DNA of 64,000 nt from contig CALATN010000218.1 in NCBI GenBank assembly GCA_937891895.1, positions 7,081-71,080 on the forward strand. Reading direction: 5' to 3'. Shown in pieces: positions 26,892-35,666 of this stretch. Made by a program: the position numbers and the translations under genes. This DNA is from an uncultured Clostridia bacterium (GTDB lineage Bacteria > Bacillota > Clostridia > Oscillospirales > Ruminococcaceae). Numbering within the stretch: position 1 is the first letter of the stretch; the number at the start of each line of letters is the position of its first letter. Under the pieces are notes generated by a model, which was not told the DNA's origin, searched no databases, and saw nothing but the letters and a program-made list of their open reading frames with translations.

Positions 26892-28337
26892 TTGTTGTTT
26901 GTTCTTTTGTGGCTTGCAGTAGGTGCGGCAATTGTGCTTGATGTTTTCGACAAGCTTCCCCTTGAAAATGCGGTGGGACGATTTATCGGAATGACAATTC
27001 TCCCGCACGTTGCATTGCTTACGTGGTACGGCGGAAAAGCCGTATATAAGCGTGATGAATGGGGCGGGCTGGGCTTTACAATCGGAATAGTTGCCCCGAT
27101 TTGTCTTTTTGCAATCTATTTTATGATACGGCTTGCAGTTAAGCCGTACAGAGTAAAATTTGACAAGACGACTGTAAACACAAGAGTCCGCGCAATGTAC
27201 GGCGGGAAAATCCTGCTGAAATTCACGGCGATTTCGCTTTTGTGCAACACGATTTACTACATACTTGACGCAGAGAATAATTTTTTCTGGGATGCGCCGG
27301 AGTTCTTGCGGATTGCCGATATGGTTATTTCCTTGGTAATAATTCTCGGCTACGGCTGGAATGGTATTCTCAGAATTGTTCTGCTTTGCAGACGACTGGG
27401 AATTGTAAAGAGGGTAGTGTACTTCTTTCTGCTTCCTGTGCCGATTGTGGGAATTTTCGTGCTTATCAGTATGTACCGCACGGCAAAGGCGGAGTACGAC
27501 TACGAAACAACGAGAAAAATCTGCGAAAGTCAGCGTATTGAGTCCCAGGTGTGCAAGACAAAATATCCGATACTTCTTGTGCACGGCCTTGGTTTCCGTG
27601 ACTGGAAATATTTCAACTACTGGGGAAGAATTCCTGCGGAGCTTATAAGAAATGGTGCAGCGATTTACTACGGGCATCAGGAGGCGTGCGCAACGGTTGT
27701 CACAAACGCTGAGCATATCAGGAAAAAGGTGCTGGAAATCGTTGAGGAAACAGGTTGCGAAAAGGTGAATATCATTGCTCACTCAAAGGGCGGTCTTGAC
27801 TCACGATACGCAATCGCAAAGCTCGGCATTGAGGATTATGTTGCAACACTTACTACTGTCGGTACTCCTCACCACGGCTCGCAGGTTACTGACCTTGCAA
27901 ATAAGCTTCCCGACAGCTTTTATCGTAAGGTTGCTGATTTTGCTGACAGAAGATTTAAAAAGCTTGGTGACGGAAATCCTGATTTTTACACGGCTTGTCA
28001 CCAGCTTAATACGGAGTACGCCGAACAGTTCAACGAGGAAATCAAGGACTCGGAAAAGGTTTATTACCAGAGCTATGCGTCGGTAATGAAGAATTCGTTC
28101 AGCTTTGATATTCTTGGTTTTACCTGGCTTCTGCTGAGCAAATACGGACGAAACGACGGACTTGTTACAGAGGAATCTGCCAAGTGGGGCAACTTCAGGG
28201 GCGTGTACGAAAGCAAGCGTATACGCGGAATTTCCCACGGCGACACAATCGACCTGAAGCGTGAGGACTATAAGGGTTACGATCCGAGAGAGGCATATGT
28301 GGAGATTGTTTCCGAATTAAAGGATATGGGTTTCTGA
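26892..28337 (+). CDS. membrane-anchored alpha/beta-fold lipase/esterase-like protein
   Basis: About 200-aa polytopic N-terminal domain followed by PILLVHGLGFRDW and the nucleophile elbow IIAHSKGGLDSRY. TTG start. Confidence 0.65.
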   Translation: MLFVLLWLAVGAAIVLDVFDKLPLENAVGRFIGMTILPHVALLTWYGGKAVYKRDEWGGLGFTIGIVAPICLFAIYFMIRLAVKPYRVKFDKTTVNTRVRAMYGGKILLKFTAISLLCNTIYYILDAENNFFWDAPEFLRIADMVISLVIILGYGWNGILRIVLLCRRLGIVKRVVYFFLLPVPIVGIFVLISMYRTAKAEYDYETTRKICESQRIESQVCKTKYPILLVHGLGFRDWKYFNYWGRIPAELIRNGAAIYYGHQEACATVVTNAEHIRKKVLEIVEETGCEKVNIIAHSKGGLDSRYAIAKLGIEDYVATLTTVGTPHHGSQVTDLANKLPDSFYRKVADFADRRFKKLGDGNPDFYTACHQLNTEYAEQFNEEIKDSEKVYYQSYASVMKNSFSFDILGFTWLLLSKYGRNDGLVTEESAKWGNFRGVYESKRIRGISHGDTIDLKREDYKGYDPREAYVEIVSELKDMGF

Positions 28338-28371
28338 TAATTTCCATTTATTATTTAAAAATGAGAAATAC

Positions 28372-28400
28372 TTGAAATATTCACAATATTTTGCTATATT
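28372..28400 (+). promoter_or_regulatory. possible internal sigma-A promoter ahead of argD (TTGAAA-17-TATATT, TGn)
   Basis: -35 at 28372-28377 and -10 at 28395-28400, preceded by TGC. Confidence 0.45.
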
Positions 28401-28430
28401 AAAAAGATACACAAAAGAGAGGTGCTTGCA

Positions 28431-29600
28431 ATGAGTACAATAGAAAAATTCAATGAACACGTTATGGGTACTTACGGACGTTACCCTTTGGTATTGGAAA
28501 AGGGTGAGGGACGTACTGCCACTGACGAAAACGGCAAGAAATACATAGATTTCGGAAGCGGTATCGGAACAAATTCTCTCGGTTACTGCGATGAGGACTG
28601 GGCTGACGCGGTTTGTGCTCAGGCAAGAGCTATCCAGCACACCTCCAACTACTACTATACAAAGGTGCAGGCTGATTTTGCCGATGCTCTTTCTAAGGCT
28701 ACAGGCTATGACAAGATGTTCTTCGGCAACTCTGGCGCTGAGGCTAATGAGTGTGCAATCAAGCTTGCAAGAAAATATTCTTTCGACAAATACGGCAAGG
28801 ACGCAAAGCGTTACAACATTATCACTATGGTGAACAGCTTCCACGGAAGAACAATGGCTACTCTTTCCGCTACAGGACAGGACGTATTCCACAACTACTT
28901 CTTCCCGTTTGTTGAAGGCTTCATCAATGTTGAGGCAAACAATATCGATGATCTCCGTGCAAAGATTGACGACAGCGTTTGCGCTGTAATGTTTGAATTT
29001 GTACAGGGCGAGGGCGGAGTTGTTCCTCTTGACAAGGAGTTCATCGACGAAGTTTTCAAGCTCTGCGCTGAAAAGGATATCCTTACAATTGCCGACGAAG
29101 TTCAGACAGGTGCGGGACGTACAGGCACATTCCTTACTTCCGTTCAGTACGGCGTAAAGCCTAATATCACAACAATGGCAAAGGGTGTTGCAGGCGGTGT
29201 TCCTGTGGGAATATGCCTCGCTGACGAAAAGTGCAGCGGTGTTCTTGTTCCCGGCACTCACGGCTCAACCTTCGGCGGCAACCCGCTGGCTTGCGCAGGC
29301 GGTCTTGCGGTTGTGAACAAGGTTGCGAATGAAAAGTTCCTTGCTGAAATAAATGCAAAGGCTGATTATTTCAAGAAAAAGCTTCTTGAAATCCCTGAAA
29401 TTGAGGGGGTTGACGGTCTTGGCTTTATGATCGGTGCACGTCTTAAAACAAAGAATGCGGCTGATATCTGCCGTGCGTGCAGCGAAAACGGTCTGCTTAT
29501 CCTGACGGCGAAAACAAAGCTTCGTTTCCTGCCACCGCTTAATATTACCTATGAAGAAATTGACGAAGGATTTGAAATACTGAGGAGGATACTGGCATGA
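28431..29600 (+). CDS. argD: acetylornithine aminotransferase
   Basis: Class-III aminotransferase motifs (GSGIGTNSLGY, FFGNSGAEANE, ADEVQTGAGRTG, STFGGNPLA). The ORF is open from GTG 28422, but ATG 28431 sits 8 nt after GAGAGG. Confidence 0.88.
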   Translation: MSTIEKFNEHVMGTYGRYPLVLEKGEGRTATDENGKKYIDFGSGIGTNSLGYCDEDWADAVCAQARAIQHTSNYYYTKVQADFADALSKATGYDKMFFGNSGAEANECAIKLARKYSFDKYGKDAKRYNIITMVNSFHGRTMATLSATGQDVFHNYFFPFVEGFINVEANNIDDLRAKIDDSVCAVMFEFVQGEGGVVPLDKEFIDEVFKLCAEKDILTIADEVQTGAGRTGTFLTSVQYGVKPNITTMAKGVAGGVPVGICLADEKCSGVLVPGTHGSTFGGNPLACAGGLAVVNKVANEKFLAEINAKADYFKKKLLEIPEIEGVDGLGFMIGARLKTKNAADICRACSENGLLILTAKTKLRFLPPLNITYEEIDEGFEILRRILA

Positions 29601-30343
29601 TGTACTATGAAAAATACGGCGACGAAAAGAACCCTATTATTGTTTGTCTTCACGGCGCAAACCACGTTCACTGCTTCTCAAAACAATGCGAATATCTCTC
29701 CAAGAATTACTGCGTACTCGTTCCTCATCTTCCCGGTTACGGAAGAAATGAGGTAAAGACCTTCAAGACAGTTGAAGCACTGAAGGAACTTGTTGAGTTT
29801 ATTCCGTCCCTGGGCAAGAAAGTTACTCTTATGGGATTTTCGCTGGGTGCACAGCTTGCTTTTGTTATGATGTGCAAGGCACCTCAGCTTTTCAACGGTG
29901 TTGTAATGATAAGCCCGTGGCTGCTTAAAGACCCCGCTGAAGTTGAAAAGGCTATGAAGCAGGCATCCGATAACGAAAAACTTTCCAAGAACAAGCTCTT
30001 TGTAGGCTTCAACGCACTTGCTATGGGTCTTGACAAGGGCGAAAGAGAAGAAAATGCAGAGTTTGCACAGAATGTTACTATGACAACAATTCTCAACTCT
30101 ATCGACAACGGCATCAAGTTTGAGGACTTCCCTGATTACCGTACTCTTGATGTCCCTATGCTTGCACTCTGCGGCATTAAGGAAACTCTTGAAATCAGAA
30201 AGAGCGTACGTACACTTTCTATGCAGAATCCACGCTGTGCTTACGATATGTGGGACGGCGCTGCACATAACATTCCTTTCAAGGCTGCTTCAAGACTTAA
30301 CAAGGTTGTTGAAGAATTTATGGAAACCAAGGCTTTGAAATAA
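29597..30343 (+). CDS. alpha/beta hydrolase, unknown substrate
   Basis: IVCLHGANH..., nucleophile elbow LMGFSLGAQLA. The start overlaps the argD stop (ATGA). Confidence 0.65.
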   Translation: MMYYEKYGDEKNPIIVCLHGANHVHCFSKQCEYLSKNYCVLVPHLPGYGRNEVKTFKTVEALKELVEFIPSLGKKVTLMGFSLGAQLAFVMMCKAPQLFNGVVMISPWLLKDPAEVEKAMKQASDNEKLSKNKLFVGFNALAMGLDKGEREENAEFAQNVTMTTILNSIDNGIKFEDFPDYRTLDVPMLALCGIKETLEIRKSVRTLSMQNPRCAYDMWDGAAHNIPFKAASRLNKVVEEFMETKALK

Positions 30344-30373
30344 CACTACAACACAGAACAGGAGATAGAATCA

Positions 30374-31276
30374 ATGAAACACTTACTTAAAATGCTTGAC
30401 CTTTCCCGTGAGGAAATTATCGATATTCTCAACCTTGCTGACCAGCTCAAGTATGAGCTCAAGCACAACATTCCCCATCCGCACCTCAAGGGCAAATCCC
30501 TGGGTATGATTTTCCAGAAGGCTTCCACACGTACACGTGTTTCCTTTGAAACAGGTATGTACCAGCTTGGCGGTAACCCTATGTTCCTTTCTTCCAACGA
30601 CCTGCAGATCGGCCGTGGTGAGCCTGTTCAGGATACAGCAAGAGTTCTTTCCCGCTACCTTGACGGTATTATGATCCGTACCTTCGAGCAGAAGGAAGTT
30701 GAAGACCTTGCAAAGTACGGCAGTATTCCGATAATCAATGGTCTTACAGACTTCTGTCACCCATGTCAGATTCTTGCTGACCTTATGACAATCCGTGAAT
30801 TCAAGGGTCAGTTTGGCGGCTTGAAGATGTGCTTTATCGGCGACGGCAACAATATGGCAAACTCCCTTATCGTTGGCTGTCTGAAGGTTGGTATGGCTGT
30901 TTCCGTAGCTTGTCCCGAAGGATATCACCCTGACCCGCAGGTCATGGAATTTGCCAAGGATTTCGACTGCTTCGAGCTTACAGATTCACCAATGAAGGCT
31001 GCTGAAAATGCTGACGTTGTAATTACTGACGTGTGGGCTTCCATGGGTCAGGAGGGTGAAGCTGAAAAGCGTAAGATTGCTTTCAAGGGTTATCAGATCA
31101 ATGACGAGATTATGGGCGTGGCAAAGAAGGACGCTATGGTGCTTCACTGTCTGCCTGCTCATCGTGAGGAAGAAATTACTGAAAAGGTATTTGAAGCACA
31201 CGCTGAGGAAATCTTCGAAGAAGCTGAAAACCGTCTTCACGCACAGAAGGCAGTTATGGTTAAGCTTATGGCTTAA
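30374..31276 (+). CDS. argF: ornithine carbamoyltransferase
   Basis: FQKASTRTRVSFE, HPCQILAD, DVWASMG, HCLPAHR. Confidence 0.9.
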   Translation: MKHLLKMLDLSREEIIDILNLADQLKYELKHNIPHPHLKGKSLGMIFQKASTRTRVSFETGMYQLGGNPMFLSSNDLQIGRGEPVQDTARVLSRYLDGIMIRTFEQKEVEDLAKYGSIPIINGLTDFCHPCQILADLMTIREFKGQFGGLKMCFIGDGNNMANSLIVGCLKVGMAVSVACPEGYHPDPQVMEFAKDFDCFELTDSPMKAAENADVVITDVWASMGQEGEAEKRKIAFKGYQINDEIMGVAKKDAMVLHCLPAHREEEITEKVFEAHAEEIFEEAENRLHAQKAVMVKLMA

Positions 31277-31369
31277 AACTGAAACTTACAAAGTAAGTTT
31301 CAGTTCAGTGTTTTGCTTTGCAAAACACAAACTTCGGATGTAAAAAGGAGGGCGGACTTGTTCCGCCCT
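31277..31369 (+). terminator. three hairpins after argF; the last is a T-run terminator
   Basis: Hairpins at 31277-31305 (12 bp), 31308-31328 (9 bp) and 31349-31369 (AGGGCGGA / TCCGCCCT followed by TTTTT). Confidence 0.75.
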
Positions 31370-31399
31370 TTTTGCAGAATTATTACAGGAGGGGTTATT

Positions 31400-32173
31400 G
31401 TGAATTACGATCACGACAGAATAAAGGCAAATGCAAGACTTTTCTACAAGAATAATATGGGCAGCTCTATTTTATCGCAGCTGATTTATTTCGGTGTAGT
31501 ATTCGGTGCTATGTTTGCGCTGTATCTTTTTATGGGAATTTTTATGGGTGTTTCAATGTTCGGCATTGCAATCGCAGGCGGCTCGGAAACTGAAAACGCC
31601 GTTGCGGGAGCGGCAGTGGGAACATTCATAATTTCATTGATTTTAGATGCGTTATACATTGCAATAATCCTTGCGCTTAACCCGCTTATGATTGGCTTTA
31701 TGGATTGGTACAGAAAATCAATTTATGAAAAAACCTCGCTGGGTGAAATTTTTGCACCCTACAAAAAAGAACGCATCTGGGGCAGCATCGGTACGATGTT
31801 CCTTATGCAGCTGTATACATTCCTGTGGACTCTGCTGTTTATTGTTCCCGGCATTATCAAGACCTACAGCTACAGTCAGACTGCTTTCATCAAGGGTGAA
31901 AATCCGAATATTCCTGCAAAGCGTGCAATTGAGCTTAGCAGAATTATGATGGACGGCCACAAGGGCGACCTGTTCTATCTGCATCTGAGCTTTTTAGGCT
32001 GGATGTTCCTGTCTGGGCTTACATACAATATTCTCGGTATTCTCTATGTTTTCCCGTATTATTATTCCGCGCTTTCCTTTGCTTATGTCGAAATCAAGTC
32101 TGATGCTATCGCAAAGGGACTCATCGACGCTTCCGAGTTCAATCCTGTTCAGGAAAAATATATTGTTGAATAA
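31400..32173 (+). CDS. DUF975-like integral membrane protein
   Basis: GTG 31400 follows RBS CAGGAGGGG. N-terminus IKANARLFYKNNMG followed by multiple TM helices. The upstream in-frame extension runs through the argF terminator. Confidence 0.6.
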   Translation: MNYDHDRIKANARLFYKNNMGSSILSQLIYFGVVFGAMFALYLFMGIFMGVSMFGIAIAGGSETENAVAGAAVGTFIISLILDALYIAIILALNPLMIGFMDWYRKSIYEKTSLGEIFAPYKKERIWGSIGTMFLMQLYTFLWTLLFIVPGIIKTYSYSQTAFIKGENPNIPAKRAIELSRIMMDGHKGDLFYLHLSFLGWMFLSGLTYNILGILYVFPYYYSALSFAYVEIKSDAIAKGLIDASEFNPVQEKYIVE

Positions 32174-32181
32174 CTGAAATT

Positions 32182-32213
32182 ACCGCTTCCATATCAATAT
32201 GGAGGCGGTTTTG
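32182..32213 (+). terminator. intrinsic terminator
   Basis: ACCGCTTCCATA / TATGGAGGCGGT stem followed by TTTT. Confidence 0.75.
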
Positions 32214-32236
32214 CTATTTGTATAATTTGTTAAAAA

Positions 32237-32250
32237 TGAAAGCGCTTTCA
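32237..32250. promoter_or_regulatory. catabolite-responsive element (cre)-like palindrome TGAAAGCGCTTTCA
   Basis: Matches every specified position of the Firmicute CcpA cre consensus TGWAANCGNTNWCA. Confidence 0.5.
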
Positions 32251-32272
32251 CTTGTGAAACAGTTACATTTCC

Positions 32273-32287
32273 AATTTTCCGAAAACT
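32273..32287. promoter_or_regulatory. CodY-box-like motif AATTTTCCGAAAACT
   Basis: 13 of 15 matches to the consensus AATTTTCWGAAAATT. Confidence 0.35.
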
Positions 32288-32480
32288 TTTTGTATAAAGT
32301 GCACAGTAGTATTCCTAAACGTATAAGTTGCCTGATGTTATGGTAATCATAACCAAAAATATGCGTCAAATTGTGAATATTTTTGTATTAGCGTATGACA
32401 ATTTGTACACTTTAGGGAAAATTCATAGAAATATCGTTAAAATTTTTACGGTTAAAAATGCAAAGAATTTCGGTATTCGC

Positions 32481-32509
32481 TTGTAATTTTGGTGAAAATG
32501 ATATATAAT
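32481..32509 (+). promoter_or_regulatory. sigma-A type promoter of the flagellar operon (TTGTAA-17-TATAAT)
   Basis: -35 at 32481-32486 and -10 at 32504-32509, about 75 nt upstream of the flgB ATG. Confidence 0.55.
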
Positions 32510-32583
32510 AATATTGAATAATTATGGGCAAGTGCGCCCTGTTGACCTTTAGGACGACTCTTTGTCGGGAAAGGAAGGATATT

Positions 32584-32991
32584 ATGGGTCTTTTTGACAG
32601 CGTAACTCACAACCTTGCTGAGCAGGCTCTTGATGCTACCTGGTACAAGCAGCAGGTTATTTCAAATAATATTGCTAACAGCGATACGCCTGATTACAAG
32701 GCTAAAACAGTTGAATTCGGACTTATTCTTAAAGAAAAGTGCAAATGCAGATACCACGATGAAGTTGAAGATGACAACTATCACCGCAGAGATGACAGAA
32801 ATTGTACAGACCCGATTGAGCTGAGCGTGGTTACTACATATGAAACAAATACAAATCAGATTCTTGACGGCAACAACGTCGATATGGAAAAAGAGCAGAC
32901 TGCTCTTGCTGATGCACAGTATCAGTACGGTGCTCTCACTGATTACCTCAACAACAATTATGCAATGATAAGAGCGGCAATCTCAAAATAA
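32584..32991 (+). CDS. flgB: flagellar basal-body rod protein FlgB
   Basis: ATG 32584 follows GGAAAGGAAGG. NIANSDTPDYKAKTVEF, C-terminal LTDYLNNNYAMIRAAI. Confidence 0.85.
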   Translation: MGLFDSVTHNLAEQALDATWYKQQVISNNIANSDTPDYKAKTVEFGLILKEKCKCRYHDEVEDDNYHRRDDRNCTDPIELSVVTTYETNTNQILDGNNVDMEKEQTALADAQYQYGALTDYLNNNYAMIRAAISK

Positions 32992-33103
32992 AATTGAATT
33001 TTAATTCAATTATATTTGCGAGTTTCACGTTGTGAAACGTCGAGGTTTGCCTGCTGATGCAGCATTTTACGTTTATTCCGATTTTTATGAAAGGACGGTC
33101 TGT

Positions 33104-33610
33104 ATGTCTTTTTTAAGCTCACTTGATATCAGCGCTTCCGCTCTTTCGGCGCAGCGTCTGAGAATGGATATTATCTCACAGAATATTGCCAATCAGGAAA
33201 CCTACAATACTTCTCCCGGCGGTGACCCATACTGCCGTCAGCTGGTTGTGTTCTCCGAAAAGAAGAAATTCGGCGATATCCTCGATAAGTATGCAAGACT
33301 TGCTTACGAGGAGAATGAGGACGCAAAGAAATACAGCAGAGGAGTTTACTACCTCAATCATGAGGACAGATACAAGTCTGCAGGTGTTACTGTTGCAGAG
33401 GTAATAGAGGATGACGCTCCGTTTGTTCCTGTTTATGACCCTGACAATCCGCTTGCTGACGAGGAAGGCTACATCTACAAGAGCAACGTTGACAACACCA
33501 AGGAGCAGATTGACCTTCTTGCTGCACAGCGTTCCTATGAGGCAAACGCTGCTGCGTTCAATGCTGTTAAGGCTATGCTTTCCACGGCAAGAACGCTGAA
33601 GGGCAGATAA
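33104..33610 (+). CDS. flgC: flagellar basal-body rod protein FlgC
   Basis: MSFLSSLDISASALSAQRLRMDIISQNIAN, C-terminal SYEANAAAFNAVKAM. Confidence 0.88.
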   Translation: MSFLSSLDISASALSAQRLRMDIISQNIANQETYNTSPGGDPYCRQLVVFSEKKKFGDILDKYARLAYEENEDAKKYSRGVYYLNHEDRYKSAGVTVAEVIEDDAPFVPVYDPDNPLADEEGYIYKSNVDNTKEQIDLLAAQRSYEANAAAFNAVKAMLSTARTLKGR

Positions 33611-33664
33611 GTTAACGATTACTCGGAATAAGAATTTAAATTGATTTCAGAATGGAGATAGATT

Positions 33665-33979
33665 ATGTTTATTGTACCAATCAGCAATGCTATTCAGCCT
33701 GTTGAGTCGCTTTTCGACAACAACAATGCAGCGGCTGCTGTGTCTGACAGTGTCGATAATCCCCAGTTTTCCGACGTGTTCAAGGAAGTTTTCAGCGACG
33801 TTCAGGAAACACAGAGAGTTGTTCAGGAAGATTCAGTTCGTCTTGCAATGGGCGAAATTGATGATCTCCACACAATCTACAACAATATGACAAAGGCGGC
33901 TGTTGCTGTTGAAACCTTTGTTGCAATCAAGGATGCGGCAGTAAACGCTTATGACAAGGTGCTCCAGATTACAATGTAA
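33665..33979 (+). CDS. fliE: flagellar hook-basal body complex protein FliE
   Basis: Size (104 aa) and position between flgC and fliF. C-terminal AVAVETFVAIKDAAVNAYDKVLQ. Confidence 0.75.
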   Translation: MFIVPISNAIQPVESLFDNNNAAAAVSDSVDNPQFSDVFKEVFSDVQETQRVVQEDSVRLAMGEIDDLHTIYNNMTKAAVAVETFVAIKDAAVNAYDKVLQITM

Positions 33980-34034
33980 CTTATTGAACAAGATTTGCGG
34001 CAGATGTTGCCGTTAAGGAAGGAATTTTCATAAA

Positions 34035-35663
34035 ATGGCGGTTAAGGAACAGGTAACAAAGGTCAAAAAGACCTTCACAACCTTCTGGGACGGTCAGAGC
34101 AAGGTGCGCAAGATTCTTTACATATCAATTCTTGCGGCGATACTGCTTCTGGCAATCATTGTGACGGTTGTTCTGAATAAAAAGGATTATATAGTTCTCT
34201 ATGAGGGGCTTGAAACTGCTGAAGCGGCTGAAATGGTTGCTCTCATTGAGGAAATGGGATATGAGGCAGAACTTTCGGGCGGGTCGATTACCGTACTGAA
34301 GGGCACGGAGGATAAGATTGCGATTTCTCTTGCCCAGCAGAATTACCCCAAGAGCAATATGAACTATACCCTTACAACTGAAAAGACAGGTATGTTCACG
34401 ACAAACGATGAGCGTAAGACTTATGACAGAATTGATATGGAAAACAAGCTCAGTGCACTCATCGGCTCAATGGAAAATATCAGCGAGGCTCATGTTACAC
34501 TTACAGAGCCTGAGCAGAAGAATACGGTAATTACTTCAAACAAGCAGTTCCCGACAGCAGGTGTTGTAGTTCATCTTGATGGTATTGACAAGCTTTCAAG
34601 CAAGCAGGTTATCGGTATCACAAATCTTGTCAAGTCCTCCTGGTCAGGACTTACAGAGGAAAATGTGGTAATTGTTGACAATTACGGTATTCCTCAGGTT
34701 GTGATTGACGAAACCGAATTTGACCTTGTTACTGACGAAACAAAGAAGCTTGCGTTCAAGACAATGCTTGAAAATTCAATCAAGGATAAAATTCTTGAAA
34801 TGCTTATCCCGATTTACGGCGACGACGGTGTTTCTGTTGCGGTAAATATGGTGCTTAACTTCGACACAAAGGTAAGTGAAACTACCGACTACTCCCCTGA
34901 GGGAAATACAAATACAGGTGTTGCTCAGCATAACCACTATTCAGGTGCAAACGGCGGAACGACTGTTGACGGCGGCGTTGTCGGCGTTGAGGGCAATGCT
35001 GATGATACATATCCTACAGGCGATACAAACGGCGGCGGAAGCTGGGCGGAAGAGGAATATACAAATACATATCTTGTTGATACATACAAGGAACAGGTTG
35101 AAAAGGCTGGCTACGATATCGCAGGTCTTTCCATTTCGGTTGTTGTTTACACCGATTACCTTTCCGAAGCTGAAAGACAGTCGCTGGTAAGCCTTGTCGG
35201 AAATGCGGGTACGGTTAACCCTGAGGTTCTGGAAGATGTTGTTACAGTTACAAACTTCAGAAGATTTGACGACGAGGGTGACGTTCCTGTAAGCGCCGCT
35301 CCGAAGTATCTGTTCGGTCTTACATTTGACCAGCTTATTCTTGTTGGTGCAATCGTACTTATCCTTATTCTTGTTCTTCTTATTGTTATGGCAATTCTGT
35401 CCAGCAACTCCAAGAAGAAGAGAAAGGAATTCGAGAAGAAGATTATCGAAAGCAGCGGACTTGGCGAGGAGGACGCAGAGGGTGTTGTGGATACATTCAC
35501 CTTCAGCGATGCGGGAGAGCCGATCGAGGTACCAAGCCTTACCGACGACCAGATCGAAACCAAGGAAGTTGTTATCAGAAGAGAAATCAGCGAATTTGCG
35601 AAGTTCAGCCCCGAAATTGTGGCTCAGCTTCTCAGAAGCTGGATGAAGGAAGAGGAGGATTAA
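34035..35663 (+). CDS. fliF: flagellar MS-ring protein FliF
   Basis: N-terminal TM, LYEGLETAEAAEMVALIEEMG, second TM near the C-terminus, 542 aa. Confidence 0.88.
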   Translation: MAVKEQVTKVKKTFTTFWDGQSKVRKILYISILAAILLLAIIVTVVLNKKDYIVLYEGLETAEAAEMVALIEEMGYEAELSGGSITVLKGTEDKIAISLAQQNYPKSNMNYTLTTEKTGMFTTNDERKTYDRIDMENKLSALIGSMENISEAHVTLTEPEQKNTVITSNKQFPTAGVVVHLDGIDKLSSKQVIGITNLVKSSWSGLTEENVVIVDNYGIPQVVIDETEFDLVTDETKKLAFKTMLENSIKDKILEMLIPIYGDDGVSVAVNMVLNFDTKVSETTDYSPEGNTNTGVAQHNHYSGANGGTTVDGGVVGVEGNADDTYPTGDTNGGGSWAEEEYTNTYLVDTYKEQVEKAGYDIAGLSISVVVYTDYLSEAERQSLVSLVGNAGTVNPEVLEDVVTVTNFRRFDDEGDVPVSAAPKYLFGLTFDQLILVGAIVLILILVLLIVMAILSSNSKKKRKEFEKKIIESSGLGEEDAEGVVDTFTFSDAGEPIEVPSLTDDQIETKEVVIRREISEFAKFSPEIVAQLLRSWMKEEED

Positions 35664-35666
35664 CTG

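Noticed and set aside
28372-28390. ArgR/AhrC ARG box near the argD promoter (TTGAAATATTCACA)
   Set aside because: The palindrome is too short (TGAA-ATA-TTCA) compared with the 18-nt TNTGAATWWWWATTCANW consensus, and there is no second box.
31313-31399. N-terminal extension of the DUF975-like ORF (and a TTG at 31357 preceded by AAGGAGGG)
   Set aside because: The extension crosses the three hairpins and the T-run terminator of argF, and the SD-like sequence is part of the terminator stem. GTG 31400, with its own RBS, gives a family-typical N-terminus.
32216-32583. c-di-GMP riboswitch or invertible flagellar switch upstream of flgB, as known in Clostridioides difficile
   Set aside because: I could not find the GEMM-I conserved segments (GCAAAC / ACGCAAAGC-type tetraloop-receptor pair). 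I also found no pair of long inverted repeats flanking a 150-200 bp segment. The best promoter is only ~75 nt from the ATG.
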